A stretch of DNA of 64,000 nt. Origin: Raillietiella orientalis (lineage: Eukaryota). Numbering within the stretch: the stretch's first letter is position 1; every line of letters starts with the position of its first letter. This document shows, piece by piece, positions 25,993-37,205 of this stretch. Under the pieces are notes generated by a model that did not search any database, was not told where the DNA came from, and saw only the letters and a program-made list of their open reading frames with translations. Position numbers and translations under genes: made by a program. The stretch spans positions 4,278,001 to 4,342,000 of the forward strand of contig JAYWIR010000014.1 in the NCBI GenBank assembly GCA_036172245.1, read 5' to 3'.

Positions 25993-28700
25993 TTCTCACC
26001 CGGGTGCGGCGGGGAGTTTATTCTTTCGAACAAAACAAGTCAAGAGTCTGTGGCTTAACCAGTGGTCCAGCCACGCGCGAATAAACAATAGCGAGCCTGC
26101 CGGGTCACCGGTTCGCAAACCGGTACGGTCCACCACGACAGGAGAGGGGATAGGGACGAAACAAAAAATAAAAATAAAAACAACATCTGGGGGGCACGAG
26201 AAGGGGTCACAGTCTGCTGGAAGGCGTTACATTTTTTCTAGGATGCCAGCAAGCTCTTTTTTCATGTGTGTGTCCAGGTGGGCCCATCATGTCTCCATCC
26301 TCATAAATTCGGCGGCGTATTGGACAGCACCTTATCACGGGGTCCTCCTGTTGCTTTGCTCCATGCGGCAACGATCCCGCGTAGGGAACACAGAGCTGCT
26401 AACGAGGCCGCAGGCTGGAGGGCGTCGCAAACGAAGAGGGTTCTAATTGCGTCCCTGGAGTTGCCACAGGGGATCCCGATGGCCGCGGCAAAGCGGTTCC
26501 AAAGGGACCGAAGAGCAACACAATCCACTAACAGGTGGGGGAGGGACTCACGCTCGCCACACAGTAAACAATTTGGGTCTACCACTCCGAGTGTCCACTG
26601 GTGCCGGCGGGAGTTGCACGGGAGTCCCCAGTGAAGCACCATGAGCGCAGACTCCTTCCACTTCAATAAGAGGGTATGGGTGTCCATCAGCACCAGGGGC
26701 CACTTCAGTTGTTCCAGAGGAACATACAGCAGCTCGCCTTAGCGCAAAAGTCCAATAGGGGTGGTAATCCGGGCCGCAGTATCTGAGGGTCTGCCCGTTT
26801 TCCATTCTCCGATCCTCTTCTCTGTACCGGAGATTTTTGCAAAAACTTCCCATGCCGCCGCGGTGTTGCTTCCCTGGTGGGCTATGAGGGAAGGCAGCAC
26901 TACAGCGAGGGGAGTTCTTCCTACCCACTCTCTTTTTGGGGGTTCTCCAGGACCTTCCGGAGCGTGAGGCGGTCGTTGCGTGCAAACAGCTGCCTTCACT
27001 CTTGTTCGGCGCGCTGCTCGTTGCTCCCCGCCCATGCGTATACGGTTTCCCGCAGCCAGCGGGTCCGTTAACTGGGAGACAGGAGAGCCACCCCACGTGG
27101 TTCCTCATCAGATCGGCCACTAGCCGCAGCTGCAAATGCGGTGGCCGACTTAGTGGCGACGATGTAGCGCAAGAAAGGAAGACAGTCCTACCTTGCTGGT
27201 GACCTGCTTGACAAGGAGGCGTGCAGAGTCGCACCAGGTGTGCTCCAAGACTTTGCCACTAGGGAGAGTAACCGAAACTGAAGCTGAAGCTTTAGAAGCT
27301 CCAGCGTCGGGAGGCCGAGACCGCCGTCCCTACGCAGAGCGCTCAAGTCCACAACTCGGACTAGGACCCTCCCTCTGCCCCACAGGGCAATTCGTAGAAG
27401 GTCCTGCGTTCACTTTTTTGTCTCTGTAGTTGGGGGACAAGCAAAAAGTAGGGAACGGAGGAGGGGAGCCTCGAACGCGTTTCACACCGCGGCCCGTTCC
27501 GGCAGGAAAAACCTGCCACCTTGGAACGGGTCGATCGCCATCTCTACCTTCTGAAGGCAGCTGGACCACGCATCCGAAGGGTGATAATCTCCCATCTGTA
27601 CACGGAGGTATTTAAAATACCTGACCATGGGGATCCTTAAGCAGACCCAGTCCTACTGCCCTGCCCACGCCGCACCAATTGGCATCACGGACGACTTCGC
27701 CCTTTTCACCCTTAGCCCTGTTCCCCGGCTTGGTCGAAGAATCCTCGACGGCGGAAGCCGGGGTGCACATAGGGAGCAGCAGAAAAAGATCGTCCGCGCA
27801 CGCCGAAACCGCAAGAGCACAGGACAATCGCGCGGCAGGTACTCCAGAATCTCCTTGTACGCTCTCAATACCAACTCGAAGTAGGTACTGAAGATCAAGA
27901 GGCTCAGGCTGTCTCCCTGCCGTATGCCGCGTCGCACCGGTACGCCGTGCACGGTGTCCACTAAAAGAGATCTGGATTAGCGCAACGCGCCAGCAGGAGC
28001 TCAGGTAGGCCATCAAAGAGGCCAGGAATAAGAAACTCCAGCAGGAGCCTCTGGTCGACGCAGCCGAATGCTTTGTACAAGTCGACTGCGACCGCAAGGG
28101 CTCCCTCCCCCACCCGACCATCTGACGCTTTGCCGGCGCACGCACCGGAATTCCAGCTGCTCATCAAACCCCTTTCTTGTTGGTGCTCTAGCCAGGTGGA
28201 AGCGTGGAACAGGTTCGCCTCCATGCTTCGCCCGGGAACAGCATATGTCTGTTCCGGGCTGATGAAGGCATTTGCAACCCTTCCCAAACGCCCACAACTT
28301 TGCCAGCAACTTGGCGTCCGCATTCACTATTGTGATGGGACGCCAGTTGCTCCTCAGATCTCCTCCCTTTGGGAGGAGCCGCACCTTTGCCGAGCGAAAC
28401 GAGTCGGGAACGTCGCCTGTCTCGCGGATCAGCAAGTGAGTACCAGGGGAGTGAACTCTGCCGCGAAACATTGAAAAAATTCCGCTGGCAGGCCGTCATC
28501 CCCTAGAGCTTTAGCCTCTTGAGCCTTCCGATGGCGCTGATGATTTCACCCGCCGTAAAAGGCTCATCGAGGTTCCTTCTTTCTTCCTCCCCGATCGCAG
28601 GAGCGCCTTTCGGAAGCAGGAGTCGCGCGACATCCCGTTCCGGAGGCGCTCGCGCGTACAGGGAGGAATGGAACTTCCTTATTGTCCCTTTCACCTGTGC
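25993..28700 (-). mobile_element. Decayed Tx1/L1-clade non-LTR retrotransposon: RT domain, thumb, CCHC knuckle and 3' UTR (5'-truncated)
   Basis: Motifs in order across frameshifts: LDEPFTAGEIISAI, DDGLPAEFF, LLPKGGDLRSNWRPITIVNADAKLLAK, ISPEQTYAVPGRS, VDLYKAF, RRGIRQGDSLS, CADD, FKYL, GGLGLP, CLLCGERESLPHLLVDC. The UTR ends AATAAAC-tccccg..cccgggtg. Confidence 0.93.
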
Positions 28701-29669
28701 GGGACCCCCTTGCCCCCGTGCTGCCCTCCCTCATAGAAGCCAGGGACAGCCAAGAGGAGGCTTCTTATGAAGTGTCCTGCCTCATTGGAGGCAGGAAAAA
28801 ACTCATGAAGGCGTGGACGTCCCGGGAACTAGAGGACGCTACTACCCCGAGTGTCCCGCCGAATGGGCTGGAGCGAGCTGCTCGACATACCTCCAGAGGA
28901 GGTGAAGTGGCCCCCAGCGTCTTGGGACAACGGCACCCTTCCCCTGCAGTGGCAGGAGACGGCGTTGCTTCTGCTCCATTGGGGACTTTTAAGCAGAGCA
29001 CGCCTGTCTCACTGGACATCAGGGAGTGTGGATGCCAATTGCGCAGAGTGCGGGGAAAGAGAGACCTTCCCCCACTTAATCATCGAGTGTGTTGCTCTCC
29101 GTGAGATGTGGGATCAACTCTCGTCGATCCTGAACATTCCGGTGGGCGACCCAAGAACATTTTTCGAGCCTCCTGATGCGGGACGCCATGCCAGCCTCCG
29201 AGTGTGTAGCAGTGCTCTGTTGTATACGCGGAATCCTGGATAAGTGGGCCGCGTCAAGGAGAGGCCTCACCAGTTGGAATGCCATCCACTGGGCAGCCAT
29301 CTCTTTGGAGAAGGCTTCCCGTTGGCACCGACTTGGAAAACATTTGCCGGCACTTGTTCGCATCCAAAAGCGGATGCAGAGGCCTCCTCACGGCGCACCG
29401 TGATTCCCTCCCTTTCCTCCCCTCCCAAAAAACATTGTCCCCCCAGGCGTTTTTCTTTTTTTGTTTTATTTTTGTTTTTCCCGCCCCTGCGCCCGTGTAG
29501 AGGACCTTACCTGCCTGCGGGTCGGTAAGGACAAGTGCCCCCAAGACAGTCGGAACATGTGTTCCGGCTGAAAAACAAACAACAGAGTGACAACAAAAAG
29601 ACTTTATTATAAAAAAATTTTATTGTGAAGAATTTTGATAATAAAAGCCCCGGCTCACCCGGGTGAAAA
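28700..29669 (+). mobile_element. Divergent Tx1/L1-clade LINE subfamily, 5'-truncated, head-to-head with the previous copy
   Basis: WQETALLLLHWGL..HWTSGSVDANCAECGERETFPHLIIECVALREMW.., ..LCCIRGILDKW.., T-rich UTR, AATAAAA-gccccggctcacccgggtg. Confidence 0.88.
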
Positions 29670-31790
29670 ACCTGTGCGGGATCCGAGTACTTCCAGCCCT
29701 GGTCGTCCAGCAAGTGGTGCTCCTCGTGGGCAGTGCCCTCTTCCCCCGAAGTCTTAGGAGAAAGGACGAATCTTCTTCCTTGGTTGAGGCGGAAGAGCCT
29801 CCGAGCAGTGCCTCACGGACAGCCGCCTTGGTGCGAGCTCGCACCACGGAAAAAGACGCGAGCCAACATCGCCGCCGTGCTTTCCCTTCGAGCATCACCA
29901 CGGGCGTTTGCGTTGTTGAGCTCCGTCCGCTCGCGGCCTGGGAGCCACGCGTCCAATCATGCTGTCGCGGCATGCGCAGAAAGCAAAGTTTACATGGTTC
30001 CACCCTTTCTGGGGCTGCTGTGGAACCTCACGCGAAAAGCCAATGAGGCAGCATACCTTGAGGGATGCACGGTTCGTGAGCGTTCCGGGTGTCACTGATA
30101 TTAAAACAGTTCCTTGCCAAAAGTTCCTTGTTCTCTGAAGAACAGGCTGCTCAAATGTTCGAACTGCTCCCATCTGTTGCGAGTTCGCAGAACTACGCCA
30201 AGAACACAACTCAAGGGAACGAGATCGAAACGCCCCAAAGCAGCTCCTCAACTGGGCCATTTTCAGCTGGATTCCGCGATCTCTAAATAGCATCTTCAAC
30301 GGACACATCATCAACCAGATCATGGTTACGGAGGGACACGACGAGCTGGTGATCCAATCAAGGTCAGGATTGTGGAGGCCAGATAAGACCCAGATCGAGA
30401 AGGTCAGCCGAGAACACTAGGAGCTGGTGTACTTCAAAAACACCATTCCAGGTACAAATTCGACGGCCAGAACCGGATATATTACTTGGCGGACGAAGGG
30501 AAGATGGTTGTACTGTACCATGCTATGAATATTCTTCAGCAGCATCGAAAAAGGCAAGGCAGGAGAATTCGGCCAAGCATGAAAGATTGGTTCCCCAGCT
30601 CACCTCCACAATAGTGCTTGCAACGGTAAGAGCGGAGAATCTCCGGGATCTTGGGATCAGAGGAAGGGCGAAATGTGGACGGAATCGAAACTGTTGCTCA
30701 TTTTGGAAGGCCAAAAAAAAAAATTGTTGACCTGGAAGAATCATAAACCGATACTGCAGTTGCTGTGATGCTACACGCTATTCCAAACACCATGAAACAA
30801 ACGTGCGCGTGTGTGTGATGCGTGTGTTTGTGTGGATGGAGAACAGGAAGAGGGAAAGAATTCATCCAAAGAATTCTAAGGCCTGAGAGATAGTAGAGTA
30901 TAGAATACCCAGAATGAGGGAAGATACAGAATTGCAGCAAACGATTCCCACGTCAGAAAAGCTGCTCGCATGTTGGCGTTTTTTTGGACGCGTCCCGAGC
31001 ACGCATGTGTACTCGGGAAGCAAACTTGGCAGCTCGACGTGTTTCGCTCGGACGAAAGTGTACACAAGCATCCCTGCTTCGTATGCGGAAAAGCGGCTTC
31101 AGAAGCTGCTCATCCGAGCTAGGAGTAGCGGCACGGCGAAGGCGGCGGCTCTGGTACCGGAGCAGCATCTCGCTACAGCAACGTCCAGGAAGGTCGTCAG
31201 AGTCCACAAAAGTCTTATGAGAACACTCCCTGCTCAGGCGGAAAAGAGCGTGGAGGTGTTCAGGCTAACTGGGACTCGCCCGTTCATGTGCCAATATCGA
31301 GGAGATGAGGGAGGGAGGAAGTCGATTCGGAATCTGGTTTTTGTCGGGCTTTCTCCGGATTCTACCAAGACTTCAAAAGATCGGCGGAGCAGCAATACGA
31401 AATGGAGATAAGTCGGCGGTGGATGTTGTTGGACTTTCTTGGAGTTGACTCCTGAGATTCTGTTCTCCATTCCTAGTTTTTTTTTCTTTTTTCCCTCAAT
31501 TCGATGTCCAGAGCTCAGAATAGAGAGATTCCGCAAATGAATAGGGAGCAGATGCATCCTCCATCCACTTGCATTCTTTCTTCTCACTCTAAAGATTGAA
31601 ACGTAGAGAAAGTAATCCAGAACACCAGTCTAGTATCTCACAATCTCACAGCAGTCCACTGGAATTACCAAACCTCTGAAGGCGTTTGTTCCCTCAGTGT
31701 GTGACTGATTTACTGGTGAATTGCTGTTGTGAAACAGTGGTAAGAACAAATCCTCTTTGATCCTGATCATGATTCTTGGAAAGCTCTTCC

Positions 31791-32890
31791 TTTCTTTTTT
31801 TTTTTTTCCTTTAGTTCTTAAAGTGCTGAAGAACCGTTTGCCTCCCCGGGGGGAGCTCACAAAACTCTTGAACACCACCCGGGGGTGCGTGCAACCCTTT
31901 GAGACAACCAAGGCGATACCCGGAAGGACCACCCTACGAATCCAGGAAGGCTCCCGAGGAAGGAATCCGTTCCTCTTACGCTTGGATAGTAAAAAAACCT
32001 CGAAAGGAATCCTCGCCCTAGTTGTCTTCGGAGGGAACCTCTTCCTCATTCTCTTCGGAGGGACCGCTAGAGTGAGAAACTCCTCGTTTCTTCTCCGGAG
32101 GGGCTCCTCGGGAAAGAGTCGCTCTTTTGAAGAGAACCCCGAAGGGACGCTTCCCAATTTCTCTGAAGGGCGCTCTTCTTACACTCTGGAGAAGCGGCCT
32201 CCCGATGGACGTATTAACCAGCTCCATAGTACGCGACGGAAGGCTGTATTTTCGCAACCGAAGGGGTACCCCGAAGGGCTCCTTGATTCCTGGAGGGACC
32301 CCGGAACTGTCCCGGCCAGTCAGTGGGAGCATCCGGTTTCCGGCTTCCACCAGTGCGGGATTGTGACTGCATGGAACAACGCCAGAGGAGGCTAGGACGA
32401 CAGGGACGCCATCTATTCTGCTGTCCTCTTCATGAGGACAGCGTCAAGATGGCCCATCTGGGAGTCTTGAAACAGGAACTTGCGGTCATTCTTACAAAGA
32501 TGCAGAGGACACCCTCTAGCACACAATGATCACTTCCCGAATCCCCCATTTTTTTGACTATATGTTTTTTGTTTACGTTTTCCTTTTTGTTCGTTTCCCC
32601 TTCCCCTGTGCTGCCTAGGCGAATCCCGCTGCCCTGCGCGCCAGTTCCCGGCAGGTTCCTTCTCGTAGTTACAAGTAACGTGGCAGGATCAAACGTCCTT
32701 CCACAGATGTGGATGTTTATTTTATAAATAAACGCCCCGGTGTGACCGGATGTCAACCAGTGCCGCACCCGAATATGGGCCAACCAGAGTCATCTTACGA
32801 GGAGAACTCGAAGCCCATGACACACTCATTTCTCCGGCGTCGATCTTCCACGCGAGGATTCGAACCCGCAGCGCTTGGTGCCACACAACC
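31791..32890 (-). mobile_element. SINE copy with poly(A) tail, interrupted by a 399-bp antisense LINE fragment
   Basis: B-box GGTTCGAATCC on the minus strand at ~32856-32866; core 32764-32855; tail 31815-32348; T-run at ~31791-31807 is the poly(A) tail on the minus strand. Confidence 0.75.
32357..32755 (+). mobile_element. Short 5'-truncated Tx1-like LINE with 8-bp target-site duplication
   Basis: Homologous to 10465-10910. ACCAGTGC flanks both ends (32349-32356 and 32756-32763). Confidence 0.85.
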
Positions 32891-32924
32891 GTAATACAGC
32901 AATTGATATTGACGTCCAAAATCA

Positions 32925-33160
32925 TGGACGTCAATATCAAGCAAGACCTTGACGACATCTTCCAAAGAATGCAGAGAACTGCCCTCAGCAGGACGTGACC
33001 CCTTCCCGAATCCCTCCCCCAGAATTGTTTTATTTTTGTTTGGTCCCTCCCCTCTGCTGTCGTGAGAATCTTCACCGGCCTGCGAACCGGTGTCACGTGC
33101 AGAAAATTGGAAATGTTTATTTCATTTTAAATAAACACCCCGGCGAACCCAAGTAAAAAA
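32925..33160 (+). mobile_element. Very short Tx1-like LINE 3' end
   Basis: DVNIKQDLDDIFQRMQR corresponds to GVLKQELAVILTKMQR of the other copies. Followed by UTR, GTTTATTT-N6-AAATAAAC at 33115-33136 and a short A-run. Confidence 0.8.
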
Positions 33161-33345
33161 ATAAGTGCCACACCTGAAGCCTGCAGGCCAACCACCGTCA
33201 TCTTACGGAATGGAGGGGGGGAATATGGAACCCACGACGCACCCCCCCTCTCCCATTCTTAGTGCCGATTCTCCCGTAGGATACTTGAACCCGCAACGCC
33301 TTGGGCCACACAGCAACCAACGCGGGCGCATGGCTACAGTAGTGG
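33161..33345 (-). mobile_element. SINE core plus head downstream of a LINE 3' junction
   Basis: gtgccacacctgaagcctgcaggccaaccaccgtcatctt matches the core at 10915-10954. B-box-like GGTTCAAGTATCC on the minus strand at ~33279-33291. Confidence 0.7.
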
Positions 33346-36331
33346 AGAAAGATCTTTCTTAGATCGCCTTTTATCCATTTCAAAACTTCGGATCATTTGC
33401 GACCTTTCTTCTTAGCAGGTCCACGTTAATTCTTCGTCAGTGCAACATGAAGAGATTCTGGTCACATACCTCATGGCAAATTCTTATGCCCTTCTGACCT
33501 TTTGTGAATTTACTTTCCTGCTGAATAAGGCTTTCCGAATGCATTCGTGAGAGTTTAGCGTGGCACTCTGACTCTGAAGACAATGGGATGGTCACTGGCA
33601 TATCTGAAGACATTTTGCCATGACAATTTCACTCGTCCTCAGTACGATGTATCGAAGCAAGAGATCGGAAAAATATTTGAAACATAAAGGTTTTCTTTAA
33701 ATGAAGGAAGCAAATTGAAGATTTATGAATATCACATTATTGAGATGATCGTTCATCGATGATTATTACATAATTGTGTGCCAATTATGGCATTACCATC
33801 GTAGGTATCATTCCTCACTCGTATAAGGCCGGTTTTTCTGAAGTTTGCTTACAATTTCTGTTTCTCTGATTTCTACACTTGCTTGACAGATTGAAACTGT
33901 GTCTGTAACATCTTTGCACCCTGCAAATTTTCATACCAACAAGCTTCTCCTTCCAAGTCTTACTCAGGCCAGCTCAAATCCATAAATATCCCTTCAGAAT
34001 ACGAAAGTTCTGGCAACACAGAACATGTGCACATTATTCTTCCATTAGGATTCCATTTTCTTTTGACAACTCGGCAGAGGTTACTCAGCAACAGTAAAAT
34101 ACGTGCCATGCGCCCCATAATCAGGAGTGGGTTCGGAAAACCTGAAGTTTCTCTCCGAAAAAACAGGCACGACAGTCAAGCAGGGAAAATGACCGCATTG
34201 ATTCTTTTCCATATACACTGACTGTGAGAGATTATTTACTGAGGATGTATCTGTTGTACGTGGGAACTGTATCCCATACACAAAGCATTGCAAGAACAAA
34301 ACACCATTGAATGGTTTCCTAGCATATTTACTCAGGAAAATCCAATACAAGTGTGAAAGGCACGAGATACAGCACACTTCGTGGAAATCTTAGAATAAGC
34401 GTTAGTTTTCTATCGAATATGTATTTAAGGCAAGATGTACGATGGGAAGTGAACTTTAAACAAAGATATACTAACACTGGTTGAATGAAGATTGAAACTT
34501 TCAAGTTTCCTTTCCATTAATAGCGTTATGAGCATTGTGTATTGACTCATCTTAAAAGGTACAATTTGAAGCACGAATTTTCCTACTGCTGAAATAGGAG
34601 GAAAATTCGCGTGTCATTCTACTATGTTAGTTGTGAAAAATCCAGCTTTATAAAAAAAAACAGTTCAATTCGAACATAACACGGGAACCTGGAAAAAAAA
34701 TCTGTGTGTCGAATCATTAATTTATCTAGAATAGGTAAAATAAATGACTCTTGGATTCAAGAAGGCAATTGGCTCCTATGAAATTTATGCTCGTGCTTAA
34801 ATTATCAAGAGTTTTCATTAACAGCTCATACCTTTGATCTAAAGAACAACAAGAAGTTTCTAAATCAAGGAAGGATGAAAACTAAAATTCCTGACCGATA
34901 TTGGGAACGCTGGCACCTTTCTGTTCATTGAATGATTGGGCTCTTAGGGAAAATTTTACTGTAGCGCAAACTTCTTGTCATTTAAAGTTTCCGAAAATCT
35001 TAAGACTTACAAACATGATGCAGCACAAAAAATTCAATGTTTATTCTGTTCAGAAAAAAGTATTGTGAAATGATGAGATTCAGCAAGGATTTATCAAGAA
35101 CACAATCATATATTTCTTTTATAAATGTACATAAATACATGGTACATTGAATTAATTCAGCTCGTCGAAAAGTAGACTCCTATTGTCAATGGACTATCGC
35201 TATGATTTATTATTCTTGATGGACAGGATTTGTTTTCCTGGACTACAGTTAATTGTGGGTGTTATGGAAGAGAACAAATAATAGAATTTGATCTCATCGG
35301 CATTTCGTCTTAAGGTACTTCTGTTACTTTCTGATGCTCATGCAGAATATTCCTTAAGGTTAGAATTCAGATAGTTGTAAATCAATGGTATGCATTCGAT
35401 AGAAATAAAGTAATAGTAGCTTTATAATGTTATAACATGTAATTGTAAGTGTAAGGAATGTTCAGGATTCTACTAGTTCAAAATGTTTACATACATACAT
35501 ACAGAATCACAAATGCATGCAAACTTATTTACACTTTTGTCGGAACTAATCACAGACAATCCGATTTTACCTAGAAAAGAAGATGAATCTAGACAACCAA
35601 GAATCAGAATACGCAATTTTTCCATTTTCAGAATCCTTGTGATTGTTGTCCTCCTCAATGTACACCGGAATCAGTTTAGAATCCAAAATAGAGCACGAAG
35701 GTATTTCAATCCTGATTCCAAATTTATCACTTCCGTCTTTGTTTGCAATTGGGCAGCTGTTTCCCTTGAATAAGTTCATTAATCGAAACGCCATAATCTA
35801 CTCTTTCAAGATTTTGAATCTGATTTTAAATATTCTTCACCATGATCCTTTTTCTGAATCGTTTTAGAGCAACGATTCATTCGGCTCGAAGTCCTCAACA
35901 GCAGTATTCAGGAAACGGCAAAATAACCTTCAAAGTATCTTTTAAGGATAACCTCGAACCAAATAAAGACCTCGACGACTTTTTCCTAAATTTGCAAACA
36001 AAAAAATGGATCGGAAATAAGCATTCTCAAATACAAAAGGCTATCGGCTACATATGGATTTCTCATATATCAACAAAATGAAGAGTGCAAAATGAATGGT
36101 TTCAGTGGTTACAGAGATCTGGGCACTTAATTGTACGTCCACAAGCCTATCTCATTTCCAATGATAATTACGCGATTCTATTTTAAGGAATTCCAGGAAG
36201 TGAGTTTCATTCCCTGTGGCATAATTATAATTACCCTCGATTCTGCGTGCATTCATGAAGGAATATCCCATCAGAGTCCAGTTTACTAACCAGAGTCTCT
36301 TAATATAATTCTGTCCAATTTCATCGCCTGT

Positions 36332-36849
36332 TTAGTAGAACTTCCTTTTGTGACCATCATCGTACGTGCCTCGCTTTCCTGCATTATACTCTTGGGATTT
36401 CAATGTCTTCCCTTTACTTTTCATTGTCCAATTACATGGTGGTCTTGTGGTCCTCTTCACGAATGAGCATTTTCGATGATGCTGAGGCGTTCTCACTCGT
36501 CTGCATCTGCCTTCTCGAACTGCTTGTTGACTTAGGTGTTTATCAATCACTCTGCTCTGGCAATTTCAGATTGGAAATTCTCAGGCCAAACTGTGTGCCT
36601 CACTTGGATTACGAGAGCAAGTGAACCTTGCCCAGCTGACCATGTTGTGATGGCATGAGATGCTTGCCGATAGACAAAGCCCATCCATATGACCACCACT
36701 CGACCTTCTGGTTCCGTAGAGTGACTTTTCCTGTCCGAAGGCTACGATGCATCCATTCCCTTTGGAATTGGTAGATAAACAGTCGTTTGCAGCTCTTACC
36801 AGTAGCCTCCGGATACGGAATGCGCTGAAAAGCCACTCAGGATACCCAT
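36332..36849 (-). CDS. Candidate small orphan basic protein (135 aa, 3 exons), head-to-head with THADA
   Basis: ATG at 36849; exons 36849-36800, 36759-36627, 36556-36332. GT-AG introns of 40 and 70 nt keep the frame (408 nt in total). No homology recognised, and the second donor (GTTCAC) is weak. Confidence 0.3.
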
Positions 36850-37205
36850 TTTCTTTTTAAGACGTTTCGTAATTTTATTTGTGCTGGCTGCGTCGATTTA
36901 GATTGCACTGAAATATTCCGAGCGCATCGTTTCGAAGGAAATTGACGGCTGCTCCCAACTCCCACCTACTCTCCTACCAAATCCGCAGCCTCTTACTGGA
37001 GAGTGTGCTGCATGCAAGATGATGCAGAATGGAACAAACACAGTATATCAGGACAGGACATAGTATCTGTTCTGAAACCATCAGTGCCTTTTAAAAGGAA
37101 AAAAAAAAAAGTCCACCATCAAAATTAATCGTGGCAAATGATGTATTTTCAGACAGTTTGAGATTCGAAACGTGAAATTTACAAGAAAGCCTCCAGAAGT
37201 GAACA

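Noticed and set aside
31900..32340. CRISPR-like periodic repeats in the SINE tail
   Set aside because: Units are degenerate and irregularly spaced, the context is eukaryotic, and no cas genes are present.
37061..37073. TAGTATCTGTTCT, a 13-nt match to the U2 branch-pairing region
   Set aside because: Too short; neither flank continues as U2, so a chance match is plausible.
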